DNA of 64,000 nucleotides, taken from Acidilobaceae archaeon (GTDB taxonomy: Archaea; Thermoproteota; Thermoprotei_A; Sulfolobales; Acidilobaceae). Where the stretch lies: the NCBI GenBank assembly GCA_038824665.1, contig JAWBBK010000001.1, forward strand, positions 224,001 to 288,000. Reading direction: 5' to 3'. Made by a program: the position numbers and the translations under genes. The notes under the pieces are model-generated. The model saw only the letters and a program-made list of their open reading frames with translations. It did no database searches and was not told where the DNA came from. Of the stretch, positions 10,433 to 19,500 are shown one piece after another; the first letter of the stretch is position 1, and the number at the start of each line of letters is the position of its first letter.

Positions 10433-11530
10433 GTGCTTTCTTTGAACGACTCTCTCTACAAGCTCAGCGTTCTTAACGCTCTCAAAAGGTTATGGGGAAT
10501 AGAGGCGACACTTTCCAACTTCTCCAACAGACCTGAGGCCGCTCTAGATCCAAACAGATTTCGTGTTTTTGAACTACCTCCTTCAATAGCGACTGAGGAA
10601 AAGGGCTGGCGGCTCTATCTGGTTAGAAAAAGCGGGATCTCAACTCTAACAGCTATGTCTAAACTTAGAAAGGCTCTAAAGGCTCGAAAGGTGGCTTTCG
10701 CTGGGCTTAAAGACGCTTGGGGCATCTCCTATCAGTACGTCTCTTTTATGGAGCCGAGAGAAGAAAGTAATTACGTCGATCTGGGAGACGTTAAAGCGTG
10801 GCTTCTAGAAGAAAGAGGCCCTCTTCTCTTAGGGTCTCATTCAGGAAACCTCTTCAGAGTAGTTCTCAGATCTAAAGAACCAAAGAGAGTCTGTAACAAT
10901 CTGACCATGCTTAAATTCGTGCCTGGATTCTATGGGCCTCAAAGGTTCGGTATAATCAGACCTTCTTCACACATCTACGGGCTTAGAGCTGCTGGAAGAG
11001 AAGGAGGTTGGCTTTTGAGAGAGTTCGCTTATAGATACCCTCTAGAAGAAAAACGAGCTAAGCTAAGCTACGAAGTTAAAGCCTTAAGAGAGTCCAAAGA
11101 GAGAGTAGACTTCTGGTTCTCTCTGAAGAGAGTCCCTCTTGTAGCTAAAGACTCTCTTCAATCTTATCTTTTTAACAGAGCTCTTTCAAGAGTCATTAAA
11201 AAAGAGGGCTTAGAGAGAGCAACTGAAGCCGAAGTTACAGTACGTCTAGGTGGAGCTACAATCAGAGTTTCAGCAGCTAGATTGCCTTCGAGAAGGCTTT
11301 TGAAAAGCAGAACTCTCTGGGCTGAGGTCGTTAGAGAGATATGTGAAGAAGAGGGAATAAGACTAGACATGCTTCGTCCGAAAGCTCCACTTAGACCTCT
11401 AGTTTTCCCTATAGACGTAAGGCTATGTAGAGCGGGAGAGAACGAAGTTGAAGTCGTTTTCTGCCTACCTCCCTCAGCTTATGCTACAGTGGCTTTGATG
11501 GAGATAGCAGAAATAGATTACTTACTTTAA
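10433..11530 (+). CDS. truD: tRNA pseudouridine(13) synthase TruD/Pus7 family
   Basis: FAGLKDA catalytic motif, GNLFRVVL, FYGPQRFG, QSYLFN, FCLPPSAYAT. Confidence 0.88.
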   Translation: MLSLNDSLYKLSVLNALKRLWGIEATLSNFSNRPEAALDPNRFRVFELPPSIATEEKGWRLYLVRKSGISTLTAMSKLRKALKARKVAFAGLKDAWGISYQYVSFMEPREESNYVDLGDVKAWLLEERGPLLLGSHSGNLFRVVLRSKEPKRVCNNLTMLKFVPGFYGPQRFGIIRPSSHIYGLRAAGREGGWLLREFAYRYPLEEKRAKLSYEVKALRESKERVDFWFSLKRVPLVAKDSLQSYLFNRALSRVIKKEGLERATEAEVTVRLGGATIRVSAARLPSRRLLKSRTLWAEVVREICEEEGIRLDMLRPKAPLRPLVFPIDVRLCRAGENEVEVVFCLPPSAYATVALMEIAEIDYLL

Positions 11531-11637
11531 GCTTTTAAATTCTCCTACTATCAAAATTTATGAACAAAAAATTAATGAATTTCTACAGAATATAGAGTTA
11601 TACGGTAGACTCAGGTTACATTTGAGGTGAGACTCGA

Positions 11638-12075
11638 ATGAAGCTAGCGTTCTTTAGACACGGAGGAGGTCAGAGCCCTTTTAGTGGAACAGACGAGGCT
11701 CACATCGAGGCTCGTATGGAGGTCATGGCTAGAGGTCTTCCCTTCAAGCCTTCGATAATCTACTCGAGTCCGTATGACAAAGCTGTAGAGACAGCTAGGG
11801 TTATAGCTAAGGTGAAGAAGGCTAGTTATACTACGATCACTGAACTCTCTCCAGCTATAGCGAGCTTCGAAGCGCTGACTAGATACGTAAAGGATGGGGC
11901 TGTTTTTGTTGGACATTCGCCCAGCATAGAAGCTGTGGTGGTCTCTCTAATCGGAGGGGGTAACATAAAGCTGGACCCAGGAGGCTTCGCTGTGGTAGAG
12001 GCCACGAAGTACGCTCACGGAGCAGGAGTGCTTGTCTTCCTAGCCAATCCAGACTACCTTCTCTTCTTAGTCTAG
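11638..12075 (+). CDS. Histidine phosphatase superfamily protein, SixA-like
   Basis: RHG motif, IYSSPY..AVETA, VGHSP; GAGGTGA SD. Confidence 0.8.
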   Translation: MKLAFFRHGGGQSPFSGTDEAHIEARMEVMARGLPFKPSIIYSSPYDKAVETARVIAKVKKASYTTITELSPAIASFEALTRYVKDGAVFVGHSPSIEAVVVSLIGGGNIKLDPGGFAVVEATKYAHGAGVLVFLANPDYLLFLV

Positions 12076-12085
12076 ACGTAGTTAC

Positions 12086-13327
12086 TCAAACTCTTCGCTT
12101 AGAAGTTTCAATTAGTTTCTTTAGAGACTCCACAAGAGCATCGATGTCGTCCTTGCAGTTATAGACATAAAAGCTAGCTCTCACACTGCCTTGGTGAAGC
12201 CCTAGTCTCTGGTGTAGTACATGAGCACAATGACGACCTGTTCTCACAGCGATCCCTGTAGAGTCAAGCCATAGTCCTACCACGTCTGGAGATATGTTGT
12301 CTACGTTGAAGGCTATGATGCTTGTCTTGAGTCTAGAGTCTTTAGGCCCTACTATCTTTACATTATCGACTTCGCTTAGCTTTCTAAGAGCGTGTTGAGT
12401 CAGTTCTTTGTCGTGTTCCTCAACATTCTCCATGCCTATAAACTCAAGGAACTTCACGGCTTCAGCCAGCCCTACGGCTTCAACTATTGGTGGAGTTCCT
12501 GCCTCAAACTTCATAGGTAGGTCTTCCCATTCTATAGCTATCTCACTGTCTTTGAGCATCACGTTCTTTACTGTATCTCCACCTCCTAGAGGGTTCTCTA
12601 GCTCTTCGAGAATATCTTTACGGCCCCAAAGAACCCCTATTCCCGTAGGTCCTAGCATCTTGTGTCCGCTGAAAGCTAGAAAGTCAGCCTCCATCTCATA
12701 GACATTGGTTTTGATGTGAGGAACAGATTGGGCTCCGTCAACGACCACGTATGCTCCCACGCTGTGCGCTATTTTAGCTATCTTCTTAACGTCAGATATG
12801 TATCCAGTAACGTTAGAGATGTGAGCGAAGATCACGGCTCTGGTCTTCTCTGATATCATGCTCTCTAAGGTGTTCCAACGAGGCACTCCTTCTTCATCTA
12901 CCGAGACCAACTTGACTTTAGCTCCTACCATCTTGGCTGCTCGATACCAGGGGAGCAGAGTGCTGTTGTGTTCGGCTTCGGTAAGGATGATCTCGTCGCC
13001 AGGCTGGATCAACTTGTTGTATACAAAGGTTAAAGCCAATAACTGCATCGCTTCAGTAGTGTTCTTAGTAAACACTATCTCTCTCCACTCCTTGGCTCCT
13101 ATGAACTTAGCTACGATTTCGTGTGCTTCATCATAGGCTCTAGAGGCTTCAATAGACAACGAGTATACGCCTCTATGTACGTTAGCGTATCTTAAGCTCA
13201 TGAAGTTCTTCATAGCTTCTATAACTTGTCGAGGTTTTAAGGTGCTTGCAGTGCTGTCCAAATAGATCAGTCTGCGTTCCTGCAACTGAGGGAAGTGTTC
13301 TCTGATTTTGACGCAGTCTAAAGGCAA
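12086..13327 (-). CDS. sufS: Cysteine desulfurase, SufS family (class V aminotransferase)
   Basis: YLDSTAST, EHNS, DGAQSVPH, FSGHKMLGPTGIG, EAGTP, RTGRHCA. Confidence 0.93.
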   Translation of the reverse strand: MPLDCVKIREHFPQLQERRLIYLDSTASTLKPRQVIEAMKNFMSLRYANVHRGVYSLSIEASRAYDEAHEIVAKFIGAKEWREIVFTKNTTEAMQLLALTFVYNKLIQPGDEIILTEAEHNSTLLPWYRAAKMVGAKVKLVSVDEEGVPRWNTLESMISEKTRAVIFAHISNVTGYISDVKKIAKIAHSVGAYVVVDGAQSVPHIKTNVYEMEADFLAFSGHKMLGPTGIGVLWGRKDILEELENPLGGGDTVKNVMLKDSEIAIEWEDLPMKFEAGTPPIVEAVGLAEAVKFLEFIGMENVEEHDKELTQHALRKLSEVDNVKIVGPKDSRLKTSIIAFNVDNISPDVVGLWLDSTGIAVRTGRHCAHVLHQRLGLHQGSVRASFYVYNCKDDIDALVESLKKLIETSKRRV

Positions 13328-13597
13328 TCAACTCACCTTCTTAAATCTTAAGAGATACTCTCCGTTTTCTCTTCTAGCTTCTAGAAGTTCTACCTTCCAC
13401 CTCCAAGTAACGATCCTGATAACTGCTTCCATTGGCGCATACTCTTCATCTCCAACTATTTCAAACTCTTCTCCAGGCTCTACGCTTTCTATCATGCCTA
13501 TCAACGAATGAGAAGGCGTTGCTGTACAAGACTCCCAGGCTTCTCGTGTGAGAGCGATTCTTTTCTTTACTCTTTTTACTCTTTCCTTTACGCTCAA
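13328..13597 (-). CDS. Small TusA/SirA-like putative sulfur carrier
   Basis: 89 aa, Cys near N-terminus (SCTATP), PGEEFEIVGD, C-terminal YLLRFKK; directly upstream of sufS. Confidence 0.6.
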   Translation of the reverse strand: MSVKERVKRVKKRIALTREAWESCTATPSHSLIGMIESVEPGEEFEIVGDEEYAPMEAVIRIVTWRWKVELLEARRENGEYLLRFKKVS

Positions 13598-13649
13598 GTC
13601 TTAACCCTATGCTCTAAGTCTTCTAAAAGTTTAATGCGTTTAGAATTCT

Positions 13650-14531
13650 CTACTTTCTGATGTAGCCCGATCCATCGCAGACCGCTCTCCCTCTTAGCAC
13701 CCCCTCTCTGCAGGTAGCGAACTCAAGTCCTAGTTCATCAGCTACTTCTTTTGCTCTCTTCAAGATCTTTAGTCTGAATTCTCTCTTAAGATACATGTAG
13801 CTGTGTTGTTTCTCTCCTTCAGTACGGTAAAGTCTATAGAGGTCTTCCTTTAAGTGAGAGAAAGCGTTAGCGATTCTTTTTAAGCTATCTGGCTTAGCTT
13901 TGTAAGTGCTGACAGTGATTTGAAGAGCTCCTGCTCGACTTGCTTCCTCGACTACAGACCTGATGGACTCGTAACTGTCATTAATGAAAGGGATGAGAGG
14001 GTCTAGCCTTATCGTAACCGGTAGCTTTATAGACGCGAGAACGGCTGTAGCTCTCAACCTCAGAGAAGGTGGTGGAGCTCCTGGCTCTAGGATTTTGGCT
14101 AACTTTTCATCAATGGTGGTTACTGTTACAGCTATCGCTATCTTCTCTTTATGCTTTTCGAGAACTTCAGCGTAGTCTAAAAGGATGTGAGGAGCTTTAG
14201 TCGTTATCAGCACCTTAAAACCTCTTGACAACAACAGTTGTAACAGCTTGAGAGTTTCTCTATGCTTCAGTTCGAGAGGTTGTAAGGGGTCGCTGCTAGC
14301 TGAGAGTTCTACGACAGAGCCTTGAGGGACTTCTTCTAGATCTCGTGAAGCGTTCTCAAGTAGTCTTGGCTTACAGCGGGGCTCGAAGAACCTCTTGATA
14401 TAACTTGAGGCATAACAATAGAGACAGCCATGTCCACAGCCAGTATAAGGGTTAACGGTTAGCTTAGGCGGACAGCTACAGAGCGGTGATTTCCACGGAT
14501 CGAAGGGTCTCACAACTCTTAACAAGTTCAC
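13650..14531 (-). CDS. Radical SAM protein, spore photoproduct lyase-like family
   Basis: NPYTGCGHGCLYCY (CxxxCxxC), SDPLQPLE, ITTK, LEPGAP, DPLIP. Confidence 0.9.
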   Translation of the reverse strand: MNLLRVVRPFDPWKSPLCSCPPKLTVNPYTGCGHGCLYCYASSYIKRFFEPRCKPRLLENASRDLEEVPQGSVVELSASSDPLQPLELKHRETLKLLQLLLSRGFKVLITTKAPHILLDYAEVLEKHKEKIAIAVTVTTIDEKLAKILEPGAPPPSLRLRATAVLASIKLPVTIRLDPLIPFINDSYESIRSVVEEASRAGALQITVSTYKAKPDSLKRIANAFSHLKEDLYRLYRTEGEKQHSYMYLKREFRLKILKRAKEVADELGLEFATCREGVLRGRAVCDGSGYIRK

Positions 14532-14579
14532 CTACCTGAAATTAAGGCTCGGCTCGAGGCTATAGAGACAGGTGTTATT

Positions 14580-15080
14580 ATGGAGATCTCGATAGCTTTC
14601 GTTATTCCTAGCAATTCTGTGTACTGGAGCGACAAGAAGGACGAGACTTGGGAGATAGTTAGGAAGAGATGTTCTAGACCTCCATTTAGGTTGATAGCCT
14701 ATAGGGTAATACCTAACGAGTCGGGAGAGATTCGCGGAACTGTTCTCGAGCTAGCTAGGAAAGCAGACGTTATTGTGGTTAGCGGAGGAACAGGTATGAG
14801 CTCTCGTGACATTACTGTAGAGGCGTTGAAGAAGATAGCTCAAAAAGAGTTAACGGGTTTTGGAGAAGAACACAGAAGAAGAAGCTTAGAGGAGGTCGGA
14901 CTTAGAGCCATACAAAGTAGAGCTATCACATTCATAATCGGCCAGTCTTTGGTTTTCGTTTGTCCCGGTAGTCCTAGTGCTGTCAAAACTGCTTTAGACA
15001 TCTTAGAAGAGATGTCAGAATACTTACTCGACGAGATAAAAGGATATGGTCATGGACGTAAGACGACTACTACTTCGTAA
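14580..15080 (+). CDS. moaB: Molybdopterin adenylyltransferase MoaB/MogA family
   Basis: SGGTGMSSRDITVEA, GFGE, CPGSPSAV. Confidence 0.82.
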   Translation: MEISIAFVIPSNSVYWSDKKDETWEIVRKRCSRPPFRLIAYRVIPNESGEIRGTVLELARKADVIVVSGGTGMSSRDITVEALKKIAQKELTGFGEEHRRRSLEEVGLRAIQSRAITFIIGQSLVFVCPGSPSAVKTALDILEEMSEYLLDEIKGYGHGRKTTTTS

Positions 15081-15105
15081 ACTCTTTCTTCATAAAATTT
15101 AGCCT

Positions 15106-15738
15106 CTAGAGTCTCTTCAAGAAAGGGTTTGTCGAGAGTTCTAAACTCATAGTCGTAGGAGGTCCGTGTCCAGGATACAATTTGTGGCTCAAGGGTACAA
15201 TCTTTGAGAGTTTCGCTAAAGTCTCCTCCATGGCTTTAGGGTCCGAGCCTGGGAGGTCCGTTCTACCGATAGAGTTCTTGAACAACACGTCACCGGTCAT
15301 CGTGAACTCTGGTCCGATTAGGACAATGCTACCAGGGCTATGTCCAGGAGCCTCTAACACTACGAACTCAACGCTTCCCACTTTGATCACATCGCCATCG
15401 CTGACCAGAGAGGGTTCTAGCTCTAGTGACGGGAAGAGTTCCACACTCCATACCTTAATCCCTCTAAGCCTAAGAGAGATGTTGTATTCTATTTTGTTCA
15501 CAATAACTTCAGCTCCCGTGATTCTAGCTAGTTCAGAGACTCCAAGCACGTGGTCGAAATGGAGATGTGTCAACACTATTGCCTTTAAGGAAGCGCTATT
15601 AGATTTGAGGATCTGGAGCACTTTTCTATAGGCTCCTTTCCAGCCTGGATCGACCGCTAAGGCCTCGTCGTTCAGCACTATAACATAACAGTTCGTTCTG
15701 AGAGGTCCACCTACTACAGTTTCTATGGTTACTTTCAA
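15106..15738 (-). CDS. MBL-fold metallo-hydrolase (glyoxalase II-like)
   Basis: THLHFDH, PGHSPGS, TGDVLF, GRTDL, PGHG. Confidence 0.92.
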   Translation of the reverse strand: MKVTIETVVGGPLRTNCYVIVLNDEALAVDPGWKGAYRKVLQILKSNSASLKAIVLTHLHFDHVLGVSELARITGAEVIVNKIEYNISLRLRGIKVWSVELFPSLELEPSLVSDGDVIKVGSVEFVVLEAPGHSPGSIVLIGPEFTMTGDVLFKNSIGRTDLPGSDPKAMEETLAKLSKIVPLSHKLYPGHGPPTTMSLELSTNPFLKRL

Positions 15739-15803
15739 ACAACCTCCCGAAGAGCATAGAGTTGAGAGCGAGCTAAATAGAGGTTGTAGAGTTCGAGCTC
15801 TAC

Positions 15804-15834
15804 TATGATCTAAGTCTTTTATGATCTAAGTCTT
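15804..15834. repeat. Tandem direct repeat, 2 x TATGATCTAAGTCTT
   Basis: Identical 15-mers at 15804-15818 and 15820-15834. Confidence 0.85.
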
Positions 15835-16062
15835 AGAGTCCCACCATTAGAAGACGTTCCGTCTAACGCCTAATAGGACAAACTGGAGGAACCAGAGTTC
15901 TCGAGCTATCTAGAGCCTCTCTGTCCAGTATCCTCAGTTCCTTCTACGTAATACTCCTAGCTTTCTTTGAGAGAACTCTTTGACCTTAATGACTTCTTCT
16001 CTCGACCTATTCCGCTAGGTTTCTCATGTGGCTCCAAGAGGGACAGCAGGTTTCTCACATTA

Positions 16063-16127
16063 CAGTTAACTGAGAGTTAACTTGACTGAACCTCTTCGCT
16101 CGGTTTAGAGTTAAGTAAAGTTAACTT
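16063..16127. promoter_or_regulatory. Cluster of AGTTAACT palindromes (candidate operator array)
   Basis: CAGTTAACTG 16063-16072, AGTTAACT 16075-16082, AGTTAAGT 16109-16116, AAGTTAACTT 16118-16127, upstream of the protease gene. Confidence 0.4.
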
Positions 16128-16207
16128 CGGAACCTGTCAAGAAGTTGGTTAAAACAGGAAGAGAGCTTAATAAACGATGGTGCTCTAAGGAGACTGGAGA
16201 ACGCGAT

Positions 16208-17194
16208 TTGGCTTATCTTGATTTAGAGAAGCTGTGGAGAGTTCTCTCCAGATATCCAAACGTAGTTGGGCTCAGCAATAAGCTGATGCCTAGGATAAGA
16301 GAGGGAAAAGAGATTCCAGAAGAGCTCTGCCTAAGGGTCTATGTAACCAAGAAGGTCCCTCTCGCCGTTCTGAAGCCTAACGAGGTCATTCCTCGTGAAG
16401 TCGAGGGGATACCTGTAGACGTAGTGGAGATAGGAGAGCTGAAGGCTTTAACGGACAAAAGAAGCAAATTTCGACCGCTAATGGCTGGGATATCGATAGG
16501 TTCTGTAGAAGTTACGGCTGGAACTCTAGGGTGGTTCTTCAGAAAAGGAGACAAAACGCTCCTCGGGTCTAACGCTCATGTGTTTGTGGGAGACCCTAGG
16601 CTAGATCCCGAAAAGGTTGAGATAAAAGACATCATACAACCGGGAAGAGCGGACGGAGGCACAATTGAAGACAGAGTTGCCATTTACCTCTGGCACGAAC
16701 CAATAGTCGAGTGGCATAAAGAAAGCGAATGTCCTATAGCGAAGCTCATCGTTGAAGCCTATAACTTTGCGGCTAAGCTCTTGGAGGCCAGAACCAGACT
16801 GAGAGCTGTAGTTGAAGCTGTGAACTTTGTGGACTTCGCTGTAGCCGAGCCTCTCGTTGACTTAGACATCAAAGCCGTAGACCTAGAGGTCACAGGAAAA
16901 CTTGTGGGCTTAGGTTTCGCAGGCTCAGATAAGGCCAGCCTGGTTTGCAAAGCCTCTAGAATAGCTCAACTAGGCTTTGAGCCTGAAAACGCTGTTCCAG
17001 TTGAGATAGGCGAAGGGGATAGAGTAGTCAAGACAGGAAGGACTAGTTGTACGACAAGAGGAACAGTGCTCGATTCGTCAGCTACTCTTTTAGTATCCTA
17101 CGGAGGCTGGAAGGCTTTATTCGCAGACGTGGTGCTTACCACTAAGATTTTAGAGCCTGGAGACTCGGGAAGTAGCGTATGGCTCGAGGATTAG
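16208..17194 (+). CDS. Trypsin-fold (PA clan) serine protease, NAL1-like, no signal peptide
   Basis: Catalytic motifs SNAHVF (His), DFAVA (Asp), GDSGS (Ser), plus AGTLG and KTGRTS..TRG; N-terminal VYVTKKVP...IPREVEGIPVDVVE domain. ORF track start 16145; TTG 16208 more likely. Confidence 0.8.
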   Translation: MAYLDLEKLWRVLSRYPNVVGLSNKLMPRIREGKEIPEELCLRVYVTKKVPLAVLKPNEVIPREVEGIPVDVVEIGELKALTDKRSKFRPLMAGISIGSVEVTAGTLGWFFRKGDKTLLGSNAHVFVGDPRLDPEKVEIKDIIQPGRADGGTIEDRVAIYLWHEPIVEWHKESECPIAKLIVEAYNFAAKLLEARTRLRAVVEAVNFVDFAVAEPLVDLDIKAVDLEVTGKLVGLGFAGSDKASLVCKASRIAQLGFEPENAVPVEIGEGDRVVKTGRTSCTTRGTVLDSSATLLVSYGGWKALFADVVLTTKILEPGDSGSSVWLED

Positions 17195-17245
17195 ATAAGA
17201 TGAGTAGAGAGGTTTTGAAGACAAAGAGTTCAAGCTGTTTAGAAA

Positions 17246-17659
17246 TTAGATAGCCTCGACGCTCTTTATTTTTATCTCTCTGGCTTCCTCTACCTTCATG
17301 CTTCTATCTGCGTAGTGAGTTACATAGTGTTTTGGTTTGAGAGCTTTCACTATTACCTCAATAGCTCTAGCTGGGTCGGTGTGTTCTCCACAGGTGAATA
17401 CGTCGACTGTAGCGTAGTCGTACTCTAGCCACGTGTGTATCGCTATGTGGCTTTCTGTGACTAAGGCTATCACCGAGACTCCGCCTTTCTTGCCTCCGAA
17501 CTTCCAGCTCTTGACCTCGTAGAGAGTGGCTCTTGAAGCTCTAACAGCCTCTATTACTATCTCTCTTAGCTTCTCTTCGTCTCCAGCTATTTCTTTATCT
17601 ATATGATAGAGACTACCGTAAATGTGCTTCCCTATTATTACATCCGACTCTTTACGCAT
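17246..17659 (-). CDS. Pyruvoyl-dependent arginine decarboxylase, crenarchaeal AdoMetDC (SpeH)-like paralog
   Basis: E-SH self-cleavage site (ESHIAIHTW), DVFTCG; the FGGKKGGVSVIALV loop matches the crenarchaeal ArgDC subtype. Confidence 0.85.
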   Translation of the reverse strand: MRKESDVIIGKHIYGSLYHIDKEIAGDEEKLREIVIEAVRASRATLYEVKSWKFGGKKGGVSVIALVTESHIAIHTWLEYDYATVDVFTCGEHTDPARAIEVIVKALKPKHYVTHYADRSMKVEEAREIKIKSVEAI

Positions 17660-17847
17660 TCCTACGTTTCTACCTCATCTGTTCAAGGAACAGGTCTCCA
17701 GCTATATAAGCTTGATAAGCTCCTGTAAGGCTACAGTCTCAAAAAACATGATAAACAACGCGGTAATTCCACAAAAGACTACTTAGTTGGTTACGTTATT
17801 CATCAATATATCGAGAGAATTATAGAAAAAAGTTGTGGAAGAAAGTT

Positions 17848-19297
17848 TTAAGAAGAAACTCGAGAGTAGCTGTAAGTGTTTCGAAGCATTACTTGGAACG
17901 CGATTTTTACGCTATCTCCTGTGTTTAGCTCCATATAGAACGATTGGTATACTATCATTGGCATGAATCCACCTGGTTTGTTTGGATCAAGGAAACCAAA
18001 CGAACTCGGTTCTACAACAAACAGCACGTCGTTTAGACTACTCTCATCAAGTTCTCTTTTCTCGATCCAATGTCTTATCCTAACTTTGCCCATATCGGGC
18101 TCAGTGTAGTCCATTACAACAAAGTATGGAGCATCGGGCTCAGTAGAGTCTATGCCGTAAGATACAGAAACTCGCATACCTTTGCTGCCGGCGCTTATTC
18201 CAGCTATCATAGCGTATTGTATTTTATGAGCTGAAACCAAGTTTTTAGGTTACCAATCATCTAGAACTTGACCAGGCCACGTATCGCTTTGCCAGTGTAT
18301 AACGGTTTCAAAGAGCTTAGGGTAATGATTGTTAGTGAAGAGAAGACACTTCGTTTCAAACCCTTTACCGGCATGCATTGTGTGTACATACCACACATGG
18401 TACAGAGTTCCGGTAAGCGCTGTAACGTTACCGTAATAGTATCTAGCTATAAACATACTGTCTTCCAGTTTCCTCAAAACAGGCCTTTCCATATGTTGGA
18501 CGAGCGATCCATCCTACATATCCTACTAGCGTCATGTTAGTAGGTCCTGAGATTATGCTCTGATGAGATATACGCGCTTTAGGTGGAATCTCGCTTGGAG
18601 AGAGTAACCCGCTCCACTCTAGTATAGCGCCAAGCACTGTGTGAAAGTCCTTAAAGCTGAGAGTTTCAACAATTATTAACCCAGGAGGGTCAGCTGTGAA
18701 GACAACCATATCTGCGGTTTCGAGTACCGGATGAATAGGTCCTATTCCAAGCTTGTCGTCGCTTATCGGGTGGTCGGGACTAAGGAGGACTATGGGTTCA
18801 ACCCCGCTATAGCCTAGAGCTTTTTCAATTGCTGAATACGAGTCTATAGCTTCTGACCCTCTTATTTTAGGGTCAATATTCAAGTACACTATAACACATT
18901 TCTTACAGGCGTTTAAAATTTCCGATAGAAGCATAGTGTACTTAGATAAATCTTTTGTAACTTTTTCTGAGTGAACAAACACTATGGATCTCTCAAGGGG
19001 TCTCTAAACTTGACATCATCAAAGCCTAGCTGTTTTACAGCTGTATCGAGCTTTACGCTCTTCAAGAGCCTTGCGAATGTCGGCGGTAGATATTCTATAT
19101 AGTAAAACGAGACACTTCTTCCAAGATAGCTTAAGTCAACTTCGGTCGTGGAACTACTTACATACATCGTTAATGGTGTAGAAGGTAGGAAAAAGAATAG
19201 ACATGGTGATTACGATCGCTATTACTACAAGAACTACTGCTGAGAGCACATATATGATCTTGTTGCGTATCCCTCTGATGAGCCTCTGTAGGCTCAA
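17848..19297 (-). pseudogene. Fragmented gene for a ~480-aa exported/membrane-anchored protein
   Basis: Five consecutive minus-strand pieces (19297-19154 with a hydrophobic anchor, 19167-18982, 18982-18443, 18492-18250, 18240-17848) joined by three frameshifts and one in-frame TAA; GGGGA SD and TATA upstream of TTG 19297. Confidence 0.7.
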
Positions 19298-19500
19298 GGA
19301 CGGCGTCCCCTGAGCCGATCTGGTAATATATGCGGAAAGCTATACATGTTTCTGTTCTGTAACGTCTCCTGCTCATGTTTGGAGCTCTCGAAACGATTCT
19401 GTAGGATCTTACAGCTAGAACAAGTCTTATGCTGGCTAGAAGCCTTTATCCACACAGCCCAGATTTTAGGTTTCTCTACTGGCATTTTTGGGTGGGCTCC

